From Lama glama (lineage: Eukaryota), in the NCBI GenBank assembly GCA_028534125.1, contig CM052817.1, positions 60,762,001-60,826,000 on the forward strand: DNA of 64,000 nt, written 5' to 3'. Shown in pieces: positions 50,626 through 64,000 of the stretch. The notes under the pieces are model-generated. The model was not told the origin of the DNA and did no database searches. It worked only from the letters and a program-made list of their open reading frames with translations. Position 1 is the stretch's first letter; the number at the start of each line of letters is the position of its first letter. Made by a program: the position numbers and the translations under genes.

Positions 50626-53600
50626 GATGCACGGTCTTTGCCGTCCTTGCTGTTTACTGTTCTCATTCCCCCCCGTGCTTCTTTTACTCTTCACCTTTTT
50701 TTCAATTTTTGATCTTCATATTCAGTCATGTACTGGTTACTTACAGTCTATATGATCTCATTTAATTCTTGCAAAGCCTCATTGAGGGAAGGATTATTGT
50801 ACCTATTTATAGATGAAGAAACTAAGTCTTAGCATAAGGAGGAAATATTTCAATGTTGAATCTGTAAGCCAAAATTATGCAGTGGACTAACAATAACCAG
50901 TCAAAGTTATAATGTCCTTTTGCACTTCTTCATCAGTTCCACTTGTTTAATTTTTCCCACCTCATCAATCACGAGCTCTTCTTAAACAGCCAACATCACT
51001 TTTCATAACTGCTGTATTGATCACATCACACAAATTTTCCAACCCTTTTGTGGTGGTTGTTCCTTTTGCCCCTATAGAATCTCTGTTATTAATCAATTGG
51101 TTTCTCTATAACTTGCACCAGTGTTTTGAACAGTGCTTTGACTGTAGGGACTTAACAAAACAATATTAATTCGTGTATTGGATAGAAATCTCCTAGATTT
51201 TCACCTACGCCTACCTCCTAATTGGCCACTATCTTTATTCCAGTAAAATATCGTAATTATTTTCTTTTATTAGCAGAATATCTCCTTGAAAGTAGAAACT
51301 TTGTCTCTTATAGTCACTAAATCTTACCCTGTTTTCACGGGGGGTGAAGAAAGATCTACTAATAAAATAAGATTTTTTTTTGCTTATAGAAAGAAAGCAA
51401 CAAGTCTCCTACTACATCCCCAAGGCTGTATTCCTAGTTTTCCGTCTGTACGAGGGATACACATACAGGTATAAAGTCCACAGGCACCTTGTCAGCCTAA
51501 AATCACATAACCACAGACTCTTGAAAGTGAAATGGTCATAATTTATCATCTGTTTCACAACCATCTTTATCCAGATCATTGTGGGAAACAAAGTTTCTGA
51601 GACGAATGATAAATGGGCCATAGCCATATAGTTATATCCTGGCAGAGTCTGAATTACAGAAAATTCCAGATTTCCCTACTATCAGTCTTATGGTACTTCC
51701 TTTTGTCCCTAAAATCCTAGTCTAGCGCCAAAACTTGAAGATGTCTGAAGGCAAAGTATGTATCCAAGCTTTGAATCAGGCACAATGAAGGCAGAAAGAA
51801 AAACAGAAGTGATAGAAAGGGTCCCGTAAGGTCCTTCCTGTCTAGCTTCCCCTGACCTCTCTCTCCAGTACCACTCTGTTCCCCACTAACTGCATCCTGA
51901 GGCCCTGGGCTGTTCCTGGTGCCTTCTTCTGCCCCAGGGCCTTCATTCCCGCACTCACATTTTCTCTGGCTGACTCCTCAACTTCCCGACTCAGTTTAAG
52001 TGACCTCCTCCTAAGGTGAAATCCAGTCACTTTTGTCAGCTTCCAGGGCTTTTCCACAGATACCAGCTCTAAAGAGATGTTCACTGGCCCAGTGTAAAGT
52101 GAGGCCAAAGGGGAGACAGTGTAGTCAGATGTTAACTCCATGCATTCAGTTTAAAGATCTGTCTTGTTCTGACATGATATCCTTCTTATATTTGGAGAAT
52201 TAAATAGCCTATCACTTAGGAAATGAGCTCAGCTTTTTAAAATGTCTTTACTTAAAATAAAAATTGAACAACCTTGGTCAAATCGCCCAAGTATTTTTTT
52301 TCTGAAGTCTAAAAATTCTTGGAATTGCATATCCCTTACTCTAAATTACTGTGGAGGATCGAAGGTAGGGGAAAGGACCAAAAAACATAATAAAATGTGT
52401 AAGCAACTTGCTGTACAAGACCCTCGGTCTTGCTTCCTCTTTTAAGCAACTCGGTGCTTTAAAGCCTCAGTACTAAGTTTCTAAGCAGCTGCTGCTGACT
52501 CTCTTTTCACATTCCTTACATTAAAAAAAAAAAAAAGTCCTTTGGGATGTTTTATGCAGAATTCTATGTCCTACTTTAAATCTGAGAACTTTTTGACCTT
52601 CAGAACATGTTGAAAAATGAAAAAAAATAAATGAGAAAAGTAGCCTGTTCAAAGAGAAGCTTTTAAAAAATCTTCAAGCAAAGCTTTTCTGTGTTATCAC
52701 TGATTAAAATAAAAAGGGTAACAAACAAAGCTTTAAAAGGAGTTGTTCCTTGAAACCTTTCATATACATACTGCCAAAAAAAAAAAGTCCGTTCTGAAAC
52801 AAAGACTCGTGGAGCCCGCCTACTGAATACAAAATCATCAGACTCTGTCTTATTCGGATGTGAAGGTGACCATCTGAGGTCTCCAATAGCCATTGTAACC
52901 ACCGTCTGTAAAATCATTTCTCTGAAAAACTGGCTACCTCTAGGATACAGATTCTGAATAATCTCACAAAAGATGGTAGAGAAATCCCTTCAGGAAAGAT
53001 TTAAATAATGGGCCATTACATCCCACCTTCAGAGTTTCTCACATCCTTTGCCAACGATGAAAATCCATCTTAACTCTGACAGGAGACAGCCAATTGATGT
53101 GTTCCCACTGGTTAGAATGTTCCTTTTCTTCTCCACCAAAAATGACCTTGTGTGCATCACCAGGTCTGCAGGCAGCACAAGGGAGTCATTCTTCTGATAA
53201 CATGGGACTTAAAATTCAGAACTGTGGAATTGCACAGGAAGAGTTCCAAAAGGCTGAGGTCACTTGGTGGAGCTTATGCTGTACACAGCAGAGAGGCTCC
53301 ACAATGAAACACCTGGTCAAGATGGTTTTAAATTCTAAAGCTTTCATTTCTTCTGTATTTTTACACTTTGGAAATCCATGCAGCTGCTATCAGGCAGAAC
53401 ATGCGGGGGGGATCTTGAAAATTACCTCAATATCCCCATTTGCATGCCTGTTTTGATATGGTCATACTACAGGGCTAACATGAAAAATAAGTTTTAAAAT
53501 GCAATAAGAATTTTAAAGTTAACCTAAAAGGAGAATCCATACTGAAGTCCGTGGAGTCAGCCATATGTAGTGTGCCTAATATGTTCCAAGGTAAAGTAAA

Positions 53601-53644
53601 TTGATCTGAAAAGAGAAGGAAAAAACAGAAACTAGCAGTGCTTT

Positions 53645-54700
53645 GTCCCATTCAACAAGTATTTATTAACCACCTGCTGTGTGCCAGACACTCTCAGGCA
53701 GTGGTTTGCAGCTGTGAACCACACACAGTCCCAGCCTCCAAGCTGCTTACTGTCTAGGAGGAAAGGTAAACAAGTGAATGGAATATTTTCTGTTCAGTGT
53801 GATTTGTGTTCTGGGAACACAGGCAGTAGATAAAGGACTCTGGTGAAAAGTATCAGGAAGGCTTCCCGGTGAAACTGATGCTGAACAATTTAAAGAGCAA
53901 TTGATGTCAGTTGACATTATGGACTGAATTGTGTATTCCCAGAATTCCTGTGCTGCAGTTCTAATCCCCAGGACCTCAGGATGTGACTGCATTTGGATAC
54001 AGGGTCTTTAAAGAGGTAGTTAAGGTAAGTGAAGTCACAAGGGCAAGCGCAATCCAATCTGACTGATGTCCTTCTAAGGAGAGGAGGTTAGGGTGCAAAC
54101 ACATACAGGAAAGACCATATGAAGGTACAGTAGGGAAGCCATCTACAAGCCAAGGAGAGAGGCCTCAAAAGAAGTCATCCCTGCCGACTCCCTGATCTAG
54201 GACTTCTAGCCTTCAGAACTAGAAGAAAATGAATTACTGCGGTTTAAGCTACCCAGTCCGTGGCACTTTGTCACGGCAGCCCCAGCAGATTAGCACAGCT
54301 GCTGAAGTAAAGCACGCACTACAACAGAAGGAGCAGGAGGAGGAAGCACCGGCGAATGAGTATGAGTGAGCTGTGGCAGCAGACGAGCCCAGGGAGGTAC
54401 GCAGGGCTTCACTGGAGGAAATCTCACCTCCTTCACAAGGGCCCGAGGTGCCCGGTCGAAGAGTTCAGACTTGATCCTGATCTGAGGTTGACAGGACGCC
54501 ATCAGAGATATTTTTACGTGAGATTAAATAGCTTACATTTTATAAAATTTACTCCACCTACAGTGTTAATTATTGATTGTCTGGAAGCAGGACTCTAGCA
54601 GCTGGGAGACCAAGCTGAAATTTATTGCAATAATCCAAACGAGAGATGATAGCAACCTAAAAAACATTGAAATGGAGGTGGGTAAAGTCATCCTGAGACA
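53645..54700 (-). mobile_element. L2 LINE 3' fragment split by an MLT1 LTR
   Basis: cattcaacaagtatttattaaccacctgctgtgtgccagacact is the antisense L2 3' end. Confidence 0.7.
53915..54297 (+). mobile_element. MLT1A/B-like MaLR solo LTR
   Basis: ttatggactgaattgtgt...gggtctttaaagaggtagttaagg...ggacttctagccttcagaact...tttgtcacggcagccccagcagattagcaca. Confidence 0.88.
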
Positions 54701-57700
54701 TGAAAGAACAATGTGGAAACAAGCAAACAAACAAAAACAGCTATAGGACAAAGGATGAGGACAAAGGTGTTACAACGATCTCTGAGCCTCCCCACACCAT
54801 CGCATTTCCACCCTGGTGGTTAGTCTTCTCAGAGCAGCCACACTTATCCTGGCAGAGAAGGCAAATTCCACTTTTATTAGTTAATATATTTGGCAACATC
54901 TCCTAAGGCACCTGCCAACACGAGTGTGTCTCAGGCTTGGACTCTTGAACTCTGAGATCTGAGAAAACTAAATTCGTTCACACTTCTAAAAAGAACAGGG
55001 ATTGAGGCATAGGCTGTAATACCTATATTTATAACACTGTCCAGAAGTGTTCTGTTTTGTATGTGTGAAATTTGCTGACAGAATACTCACAAACCCTCTT
55101 AATGTGTACCTCTAGCCTTGACATCCCTGAGGAGGAATAAACTACCTTCTAAATATAGTTAGCTCGGAGAGAGAAGTAGGGGAGGGAGAGAGAGGAGGAA
55201 GGAAGGGAAATGGAGGAAAAGAGAGGGAGGCTTTAGGTTTGGGAGTTTTTTTTACCCCATTACGTGACTCCTCAGTCAAGCTCTCTCTCATGCAAAAGGA
55301 TGTGGCTCATCCCTTGGGTGAGAGTCCAGTCCCTGCTGGAACCTCTGTGAAGTCAACGTGTCCGATTTTATTAGAAGCTCTGCACGAGGCTAAACAGGAG
55401 TTAGCAAGAAATATGAAAAGTCGGAGAGTCTCACACGTGAAAACTTTATTTGCCATCTATGCGATGTTCAAATATTAAAAGGATTTATCTTTATTAGCCT
55501 TTCTTCAGAGGACTCCACTTTAAATATCAGTAAGCTTTTAAAAATAAGGACAGGCTTTAGCAAATTGCCAATCCAGGCCTTTTCTTTTATTTCCCATGTT
55601 TCTCAATAAGTGGATGTATTGTAGCACACGTGTCTGTCTGTCCAGTAGCCAACCTTTTCACGTTCTCCATTCAGTGACCACGTCCTCTCTTTTATCATAT
55701 TTCCCAACTGGTCCTTCAGGGCCTTTATCTTCCTCTTAAACACCGTGTAGCTTCCCAAACCAGAAGGTTTTTAAGGGAACATCACTTTATTGTGCTTCCT
55801 GCAGAAGCCTGAGCACAGAGAGAAATGATAAAGCTCTGGCCCCTGCTTTATTCATAAAACACTTTGCAAAGTGCATTTAGTAATTTGCCATTGTAACCAC
55901 TGGCACCTAGAGCTTTCAGGCCCAAGTTCTGACACTGTATTTAGTTCATTCTTTGACTGCTCAGCTAAAACTTCCATTTGTATGCATTTATTCTGCTTCA
56001 CACATTATGTTATCAGTCACTTTCAATATTTCAAAGTCACAGCAGGCTTTTTCTGACACACATTTGTCAGAATGAACTGCCTTGATTGCTATTATTACAG
56101 ACTACAGTGCCTGAGTAAGGGGAAAGCATATGTAGTACCAGAATATTGAAACTGCCTGATAAAACAATAGATACAAGAGAGTAAAAATAGAATATATGCA
56201 TATAAATGGATGCTTTAAAAGGCCAACAAAAAATGTAGGATTATAAAATAGGCATATAGAGTTCAAAAACCCATGAAGAAAAATGTAATACGTTTTTTGA
56301 AGATAAGGAACTGGTTGAAAATTTCACCATCCCGGTGTTGGCAAATAAGTGCATATTACATATTTCTTTTCAGTAATCAGGGATTCAGATAGGCTCTGTG
56401 GAAACTGTCATTGAGTTTTGGCATGAAATCCAGTACTGAAATAACAAAGAACATAATAGAAACATATACCTTGACCAAAAAAAATTTAATGAAAGCTCTA
56501 AGGATCTAACCAAAACCCCAGACACATCACTCCTTTCTTATTCTTGGTTGACCACTGAGCATGTTACCCAGCAGAAGATCTGTGTCGTCTGCCTGCGCTT
56601 TCCTTCAATTTGGTCTCTAACCATCCTTCAGAACTGCACACTGAAGAAGTGCCATGGAAACTGATTTTAGAATCAAAGAACACCAGGATCTGGAGGTGGA
56701 CTTCCTTAGAAATTCCTTCAATTTCAAGACTTGCATAAAGCAGAAAGTGATTAAATAAGCCACAGCAGTTAGTATACCAAAGCTCTTTTCAAAAGTAAAT
56801 TAATAAAACATGGAAATCGGAAGCATTTTCATTAATGCCACACATGAGAAAAACAGAAAAAGCCAAGCTGTGTTGTTTATAAATGGGACATTTATGTAGC
56901 TTTATGAACTTACCTCAGTGCATATATTCCTCAGTGTATTTTTCTAAAGTAATACTCAGAAAATTATGGTATATGTAGAAAACCACCACCTAACAGACCC
57001 ACAATTTGGAAACTCAAATTTAAAAGAAATTATAACACCCCCCAAAAAGCCAAAAGATCTAGGTCATATATTTGCTTATTCCAGAAATAAGATCTAATTT
57101 CTTCTAAAGAAATTATGTACAATTTGAATGTTATTTAAATCCCTAAAATGAAGGATTGCTATTTTAATTCTGCTAGAATCCTTATAATGAAATCGTATTT
57201 GAACAATTTTAGGCAGCTTAAATTATTCTAAGTCCCTCATCATATGATCTATTCATTGTTATAAACTCCTTACAAATATTAATAGTTTTTTGGTATTTAT
57301 TGATTCTTCACAGACCATCTGACTATTAGCATAACTCTATAGGCAGAAAAATCATTATGGTGAAATATACACTGCTGGAATTCAGAATTTTTTTTATTTG
57401 AGAAATATGTTTATTAGCATAAATTTAATACTCATAAATATATTTTCTATTAAAAGAATGCCCTGAGAATATTAAAAATGAGTTGAGATTTTTAAATAAA
57501 AAATCATGATGACTCAGAAGGTATGCAGAATATATCTTAAAAATATTTTAAATACATATCGTCACTGTATCCAAGCAAATTTAAAGTATTATCAATTTTG
57601 TTAAAATATCTATTTTACTTTATAATAATAAAGATTGTTGTTTCTAAATGTCAGTTATTCCTCTCAGAGGAAGAAAAGGGTTATTGAAGTCAGTAGTCAT

Positions 57701-58159
57701 TCTAGTGAAGTGTTTCTCTTCCTAATTAATGTGTTAGGAAGGATAAATATATTCTGTTTATGTGCAAAAAATTTAAATTCATTTTCCATTAATTACTAAA
57801 TATTTTCAATCTTAATTATATTCCACAGTGTATGGAAACATCAAAAATAACAAGTACCATAAAGTGTGAAGACTGGGGGACTAGAAAAACCCCTAAGATG
57901 TATTAAGTAATTTATTTGTATTGATTAACCCAATTACTATTTTTGAAAAATCATTATGTCAGCTTAGAACTGCTGCAAGTGATTATGTCTAAGCTATAAA
58001 TAAAATTAATTTAGTCTGTTCATCAACATGCAAGTACTTTTATCAAATAAAACAAAGTATATACAGAGATTACACAGTGGAAATTTTAAGATAAATCACC
58101 AATAAATAGAAGTGAGAATTTTAGCAGATATGCTCATCACAAAATTAAATTCCTCATCT

Positions 58160-58240
58160 GCATACACACATCACACTTTGCACAAACTCATACACCATCC
58201 TTCACACACACACACACACACTGCACACTGCATTCCACAC
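58160..58240. repeat. CA-rich simple repeat
   Basis: Directly visible. Confidence 0.75.
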
Positions 58241-59789
58241 TCCCAGTCATGCATTTCCCTCCACGTATTTGATTTATAATTACCGTACTAAAAAGGATAG
58301 CTGTGAAAAGGAGAGGCAATTAATTCTAGCTGTCATTTCAATGAAATATCACATAAATGTTCAAGTTTTTTAAACCTTTTTACGCTAACCACTGCTTCAG
58401 AGAAGTTCATATGATCAGTTCTTTTTGAGGTCATTTTGAAGGTGTGTTTTTTCTCACAGATGTTTTACTGCCCCAGCAGGAGAAAGGTTTCAGTACATTG
58501 TCACTGGTACTCTTTGGGATTGTGGTATGTACAGAAGTCTGGCATCTGAGTAACTCTGCCTAGCAGAGTGTACACTGATAACAATAGCACCTATTTAAAA
58601 ATAAGAAATTCTTCTTTAGCTAGCCCTATCTTCAGGTGATATTTTAGTCATATTTTTATCCCCTTTCATATACTATTTCCTTATGATTCTGTGCCGCTTC
58701 TTCTTTCTTGTTTGTATCTTAGTAGAAACTCCTTTTATCTTTATAGTAATTATAATAATAGTTTAATGTGTTTAGAATATTGTATATCTTATATAATACT
58801 TAGGACGTAGTATGTGTGTTACAGATATTGAGTGAATGCTGATGTTAAACTGTAGATCAACCAAATGACTTTGAACCACTGTTATGGATGAAACGTTTCC
58901 ACCAAACCATAAAAATTGTCTCTACTATCAATATTCTGTCATGGCAGTATTAGATTTGGTAGGACAGAGATGCCTTCTACCATAGTGTCTTTCCTGTATG
59001 AAAAAAATAAAAGTATAAATATGACACACTCTTTGATTCAACCATCTACTCAAAGGGTCAAGCACAAATTTAGGGGGAAAAAAAATCTGCCCCTGACTTC
59101 AGAGAACTCATATTCAGAGCACTGGTCCTTATTTGTTTCTTTACTGTGATAGCGTTCTTATTCAGAGTGTTCTACTTAAGTCTCTCCTTGGGGAACTATC
59201 TGGAAGCTACACTGAGGGCGGAAATCTATAGTTGGATTGCCTAAGGTACAAATTTCTTGTAGAACCTAATACAGCTGCCAATTTACTTTTGAGGGCAATC
59301 AGGATGTTCATTAGTAATTGAGTTGAAGCAGAGAGGAACTTCATTTGTACCGAGTCAGTGACCTGGATCGTTTCGGAATGAGTATTGAGCTGAAATGGAC
59401 TATTCATTTCTACTTCCACTGGGATACTACACCAAAAGGTTATTGCTCTTACCTTCTTCTGGTGGTGATAGGAATTTCAGGAGCAGAAAAAAAGACTTTA
59501 TGTTTACCACTTGTATCTCAGGGTAATATTTTAATATGATATTTGATAACTCTTAGAGCATGAGAAACCCTGTATTTTAGACTAACCTATGGGACTGATT
59601 CCAACACATTCATTGAGTAGGTAATTGAGACATGATGACAGCACGCTATGGTTAATCAAAGGTTTCAAGGTGGAGAAGGAGATAAATTAGACAAATCTGT
59701 AGTATGGTCAATAGGCACTGGTATAAAGTTGTAGGAACTTCAGTAGTTACTAAAGTGGTGCTATTTAGCATTGAAATAATACCGCCTGA

Positions 59790-60015
59790 GTAACTGTAAT
59801 AGCAAAGCCTATATAGGGCATCCGATAGCCAGGCATTCACAGAGCTTTACGTATATGCCTATTTTTGTCCTCCTAACTACCCCATGCTACAGATGAAAGA
59901 ACTGGAGATTAACTGGAGGTTAAGTGACTTGCCCAAGATCATAGAAGCAGCAAGTGATGGAACTGTTGTTGAAACCTCCACAGTCTGGCTCCAGAGTCAG
60001 TGCTCTTAACCACGA
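59790..60015 (-). mobile_element. MIR SINE
   Basis: gaggttaagtgacttgcccaagatc...cagtctggctccagagtcagtgctcttaaccac. Confidence 0.85.
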
Positions 60016-60065
60016 GACCCTACTAGTAGTCTGGAAGGCCAGTGAAATGGGCCATCAAGACTATA

Positions 60066-60568
60066 CAGATGATCCCCATCACCATGGTTCAACTCAGCAG
60101 TTTTTCAACTTCAAGGTGGTGCAAATGGTACACTTTCAGTAGAAACCATACTTGGAATTTGGAATTTTGCACTCTTCCTGGGCTAGCGATATGCAGTACC
60201 ATACTCTCTCGTGATGCTGGGCAGGGGCAGCGAGTCACAGCTCCAGTCAGCCACGGGACAGGCGGGTAGACCACCAACATACTTAAAAGCTGTTCTGAAC
60301 CCAGACAAGCACTCTGGTTTTCACTTTCAGGACAGTGTTCAATAAACTACATGAGATACTCAATACTCTGATATAAAATAGGCTTTGTGTTAGATGATTT
60401 TGCCCCACCATAGGTTAATGTAGGTGTTCTGAGCACATTTAAGGGGGGTTAGGCTAAGCTATGATGTTTGAGAGGTTAAGTGTATTAAATGCCTTTTTGA
60501 CTTAAAATATTTTCAGTTTAAGATGGGTTTACCAGGATATAACTCCATTATAAGTCAAGAAAGATCTG
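60066..60568 (-). mobile_element. MER47/Tigger5-derived MITE
   Basis: TA-cagatg...atctg-TA ends; aataggctttgtgttagatgattttgccc...gttctgagcacatttaagg...ggctaagctatgatg. Confidence 0.85.
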
Positions 60569-60595
60569 TATTGCATTCAGATTCCAAGTCACTAT

Positions 60596-61381
60596 TGTGA
60601 TTTATACTGAGAAATATATTTGGTGTTTGTCTGACACAGAGCTCCTAAAACTTTTGATGAGAGCAACAGAAACTGTCTTTTATTGTGTTAATGAGGTGAC
60701 TTTTCAACTGCTCCTATGAACGCAGGGTGATTGCCAGGAAAGCCAACCTTGTTTGGAAGGTTGAAAGTTTCAGTCCCATCCCCCTTCTGTCTGGGGAAAG
60801 TAGAGAAGCTGGAAGTTGGGTGAATCACCAGTGGCCAATGATTTAATCAATCATACCTATGTAATGAAGCCTTCTTAAAAACCCAAAAGGGCAGGACTTC
60901 CAGATTGGTGAACATGTGCAGATTTGGGGAGAGTGACGCACAGGAGAGGACATGGAATCTCTGTGCCCTTTCCCCATATCTTGTCTTATGCACCTCTTGC
61001 ATCTGGCTGTTCCTGAGTTACATCCTTTTGTAATAAACCAGTGATCCAGGAGTGAAACCGTTTCTCTAAGTTCTGTGAGCCACTCTAGCGAATTAATCAA
61101 ACCCAAAGAGGCTGGGGGGTGGGGGTGGTTATTGGAACCTCCAGTCTATAGCCATAGGTCAGAAGCACGGGTAACAGTCTGGACTTGTGATTGGCATCTG
61201 GGTGGGGGCGGGGTGGTGGGGGGAGTCTTGTAAGACTGAGCCCTTAACCTGAGGAATCTGATGCTGTCTCCAGGTAGGTAGTGTAAAATCTGAGTTGAAA
61301 TATACAACACCCAGATGGTGTCTGAGAATTGCTTGTGACATGGGAAAATCCCACACCCTACATCAGAATTGGTGACCAGAA
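60596..61381 (+). mobile_element. MER21-like solo LTR
   Basis: gaaatatatttggtg...agagctcctaaaac...ggccaatgatttaatcaatcatacctatgtaatgaagcc...aataaacc...ttggtgaccagaa. Confidence 0.85.
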
Positions 61382-63310
61382 TCATTTAGTTGCCTCCAGG
61401 GAAAGAATTACTCATAAGGGATGCAGAGTCTCAGCCCAACAGCAATGTCTTCATTATCAGGCAGCAAGAACAATTTTAGTATTTCATCATGCTCAGTCTC
61501 CAGTGAACTTTTTCAAATAGAGAAACTGAACAAAGCAACTAAAAACTATTTTTACCTAAATTTGTGCAGGAACTCGAGACCACACGTTAACAAAGCTTTT
61601 CGACCAGTTAGCAGAGAATGACACAATGGATAAGGTGTTCTCCACATTTCCATGGAGACCCCAAGGTACTGGAGCACTCGCTGAAACAGGGGCACAAACA
61701 GGCAGAATGCAGTGCCCGCCCAGGGGCAGTAGCAGCCCTCGCAGCAGACAGTCCAGCACAGCAACCTGGACAGCAGCAGTGGCAGCAACGGCTGCATGAA
61801 GGAGGCACATTTATCAGACTTTTAGGTCCGAAAGTCTTAGGATCAGGCAGGAAAAAAAAAAAAGGCAGGAACTGGAGAACTGGAGGGAAAGGGCCACATG
61901 GCTGCTGAAACTACAGGAGTCCACATAAAACTTTCACAGACGATTCCCAAAACTAATTGAAAGGAAACTTAAAGAGGCTGGAGGTCCCACACTTACGGGT
62001 GGGGATGAGCCAGATGACTACTGCTTGTATTCAAAACTGTCATCACACCTTCTTCCCTTGTGGGTACAGGCTGAAAAAAACAGATTACCTATGCACAAAT
62101 CACTAGTAATCTTTTCTGTATATTTAGGGGATATGGGCATCATATCCTACTTAATTAAAAAATATTATACACACTAAAGTTCAATTTCTCAAAAAAAAGC
62201 TCTGAAATTAAAAAGAAAATGTTAATTTGATAGATGTCATGCCTTACAAAAGGGGTGATAAATGGAAGGTTATATTCCACGTTTTAAGCTTTTTAGATTT
62301 TACATTTTGCCATAAATTTCTTTGCACTAGATGACTGGCAGTCTAGAATAAGACATCAGGAAGGGGAGATGAAATGAAGATTTATAGGCAGAGTGCAGAC
62401 CCAAAGCTAGCTGGGTCATCGGTGAGAATTTCCATTCCTTTCTCAATCTCTGTTAAATTTTAAATTAGACTTCACTGTTAAGAGGGCTCAGTACTGAGGA
62501 TGCAGAAACTAGTTCTTGATAAGTTGAAAACCTTATCAAGATAAGAGATTTGACCCTTTTGTACTAAATGATTTTAAAGGAAGGCTATAATGGCCCCTTT
62601 TCATAATAGAATCTCTGATTTACTAAAAAGTAGCTTTAATATATGACTCATTATTTTGCATTTACAATACCAGCATTATTATGATAATAGTGTCAAAAAT
62701 AAAGCACTATCCGTGATTCTTTTTTATGATCCAGAGTTGGAGGGCTTTGTGAAAAAAAAGGGGTGGGGGGCCTCTGGAATAATTAGAGTTGAATTTTAGA
62801 ACATTATCCATATGAATTATTTCTAACAAAGAGTAGTCTCATGTGAAAAGCAGGGGAATCCTATATTCCTAGCTACATTTACTCAGTGTTTTAATGTCAG
62901 TTAGAATGCTATCTCAGTCAAAATAGCTCCTATATATGTAAAATTATGGTTATTTCTCAAGTTATACCATTTTTTTCTTCAAGTGAAAACACATTTAAGT
63001 GGTGTTATTTTGACTTGCCAGGAGACACAGGTAGTCACCAAAACAAGTTTTATATTACAAGACAGTGCTTGCAGTCAGAAAAAAAAGAACATTCTCTGTA
63101 ATTTTGTAGTGAAAGAAAAATAAAAGAGGCACTATTTAATTCAGATAGATATTTGTGCATTAGAAATTACTGTGGACTAAATCATTTATTATTTTAGTTG
63201 AAGTTCCTATTAAGAATGGGAGAAATACTATTTATTGAATGGGCAGTAGACATGCATCTGCCCCTCAACTCGTAAGCAAACAACTTTAAGAATCAAATTT
63301 TTAAATTATA

Positions 63311-63758
63311 TGTCAAGAATTAGGAAATGTCTGAGATTTTATCCTATTTGCAAGTACCAAGTTTGCCCTGCCACAGTTTCATTGATGCTGGCGGAAGACA
63401 CAAGACTCCTGGATCGTAAATGAAGAACTTTACTACTCATGGCAGAGTGACCACCATGAGCTTCGTGTTTTCAGGTTTTCCTTGCCCGCAGGTCCTATGG
63501 AGATAAGGCAGAAGCAGGTCCAGAGGGAGCCTGCTCACACAGTGGGTTTAGAAACATCCAGTCTTACTCGGGGACTGCTAGGAAGCCTGCCCAAACTTTG
63601 CCCAAGAGGAAGACATTATTTCTATTGTCTAGTCAGGGAAAAAAAAAAATCTGCCTTTATCTCCCCAGGCTGTTTGCTAGACAAATATTCTTGAAAAGAG
63701 CCAGGACAAAAGATGTCACAAGGCATGTATAAACAAAATGAAAAATTGCCCCTCAACA
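63311..63758 (-). mobile_element. ERVL-type solo LTR (MER77-like)
   Basis: TG...CA ends; ctgagattttatcctatttgcaag...ctgccacagtttcattgatgctggcggaagacacaagactcctgg. Confidence 0.7.
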
Positions 63759-64000
63759 AAATACTGCAGTAGAACCTCATTATTCACTTTTCTGTACTTG
63801 AGAATTCACTTACTTACTGAAATTAATGTGTATCCCTAAAATCAATACTTGCCACACTTTCACAGTCATAAGCAGACATGGGCAGAGTGAGTTTCCTGAC
63901 ACTCAGGTTCCCGGCTAAGGTCAACAGGGGGACTCACCGCCGTCTTGTTTTATCTCTCATACAGAAGCAAGTGTCTTTTCTGTAGTCTGCCAAGTGTCAT

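Overview
AT-rich, repeat-dense mammalian genomic DNA. Four tRNA-Ala-like SINEs resembling Vic-1 point to a camelid (alpaca, llama or camel); this is an inference from recalled consensus. The only credible protein-coding sequence is one 167-bp internal exon of GRID2 (glutamate receptor ionotropic delta-2, ligand-binding domain S2 segment) at 37843-38009 on the + strand. The rest of the window is the two large flanking introns. These hold MIR, L2 and L1 fragments, MaLR/ERV solo LTRs (four of them MER34-like) and DNA-transposon fossils: a near full-length Blackjack-type hAT, a Zaphod/MER115-type hAT, and Tigger MITEs. The most notable non-repeat signals are an orphan intronic CpG island (~13.3-14.1 kb) with an inverted Forkhead pair and a strong antisense 5' splice site, a cluster of CACG-core motifs at ~55.3-55.7 kb, and a donor-like GTAAAA at the start of the GRID2 exon. 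I found no convincing new multi-gene system. Repeat family names are recognised from memory and boundaries are approximate; they need RepeatMasker/Dfam confirmation.
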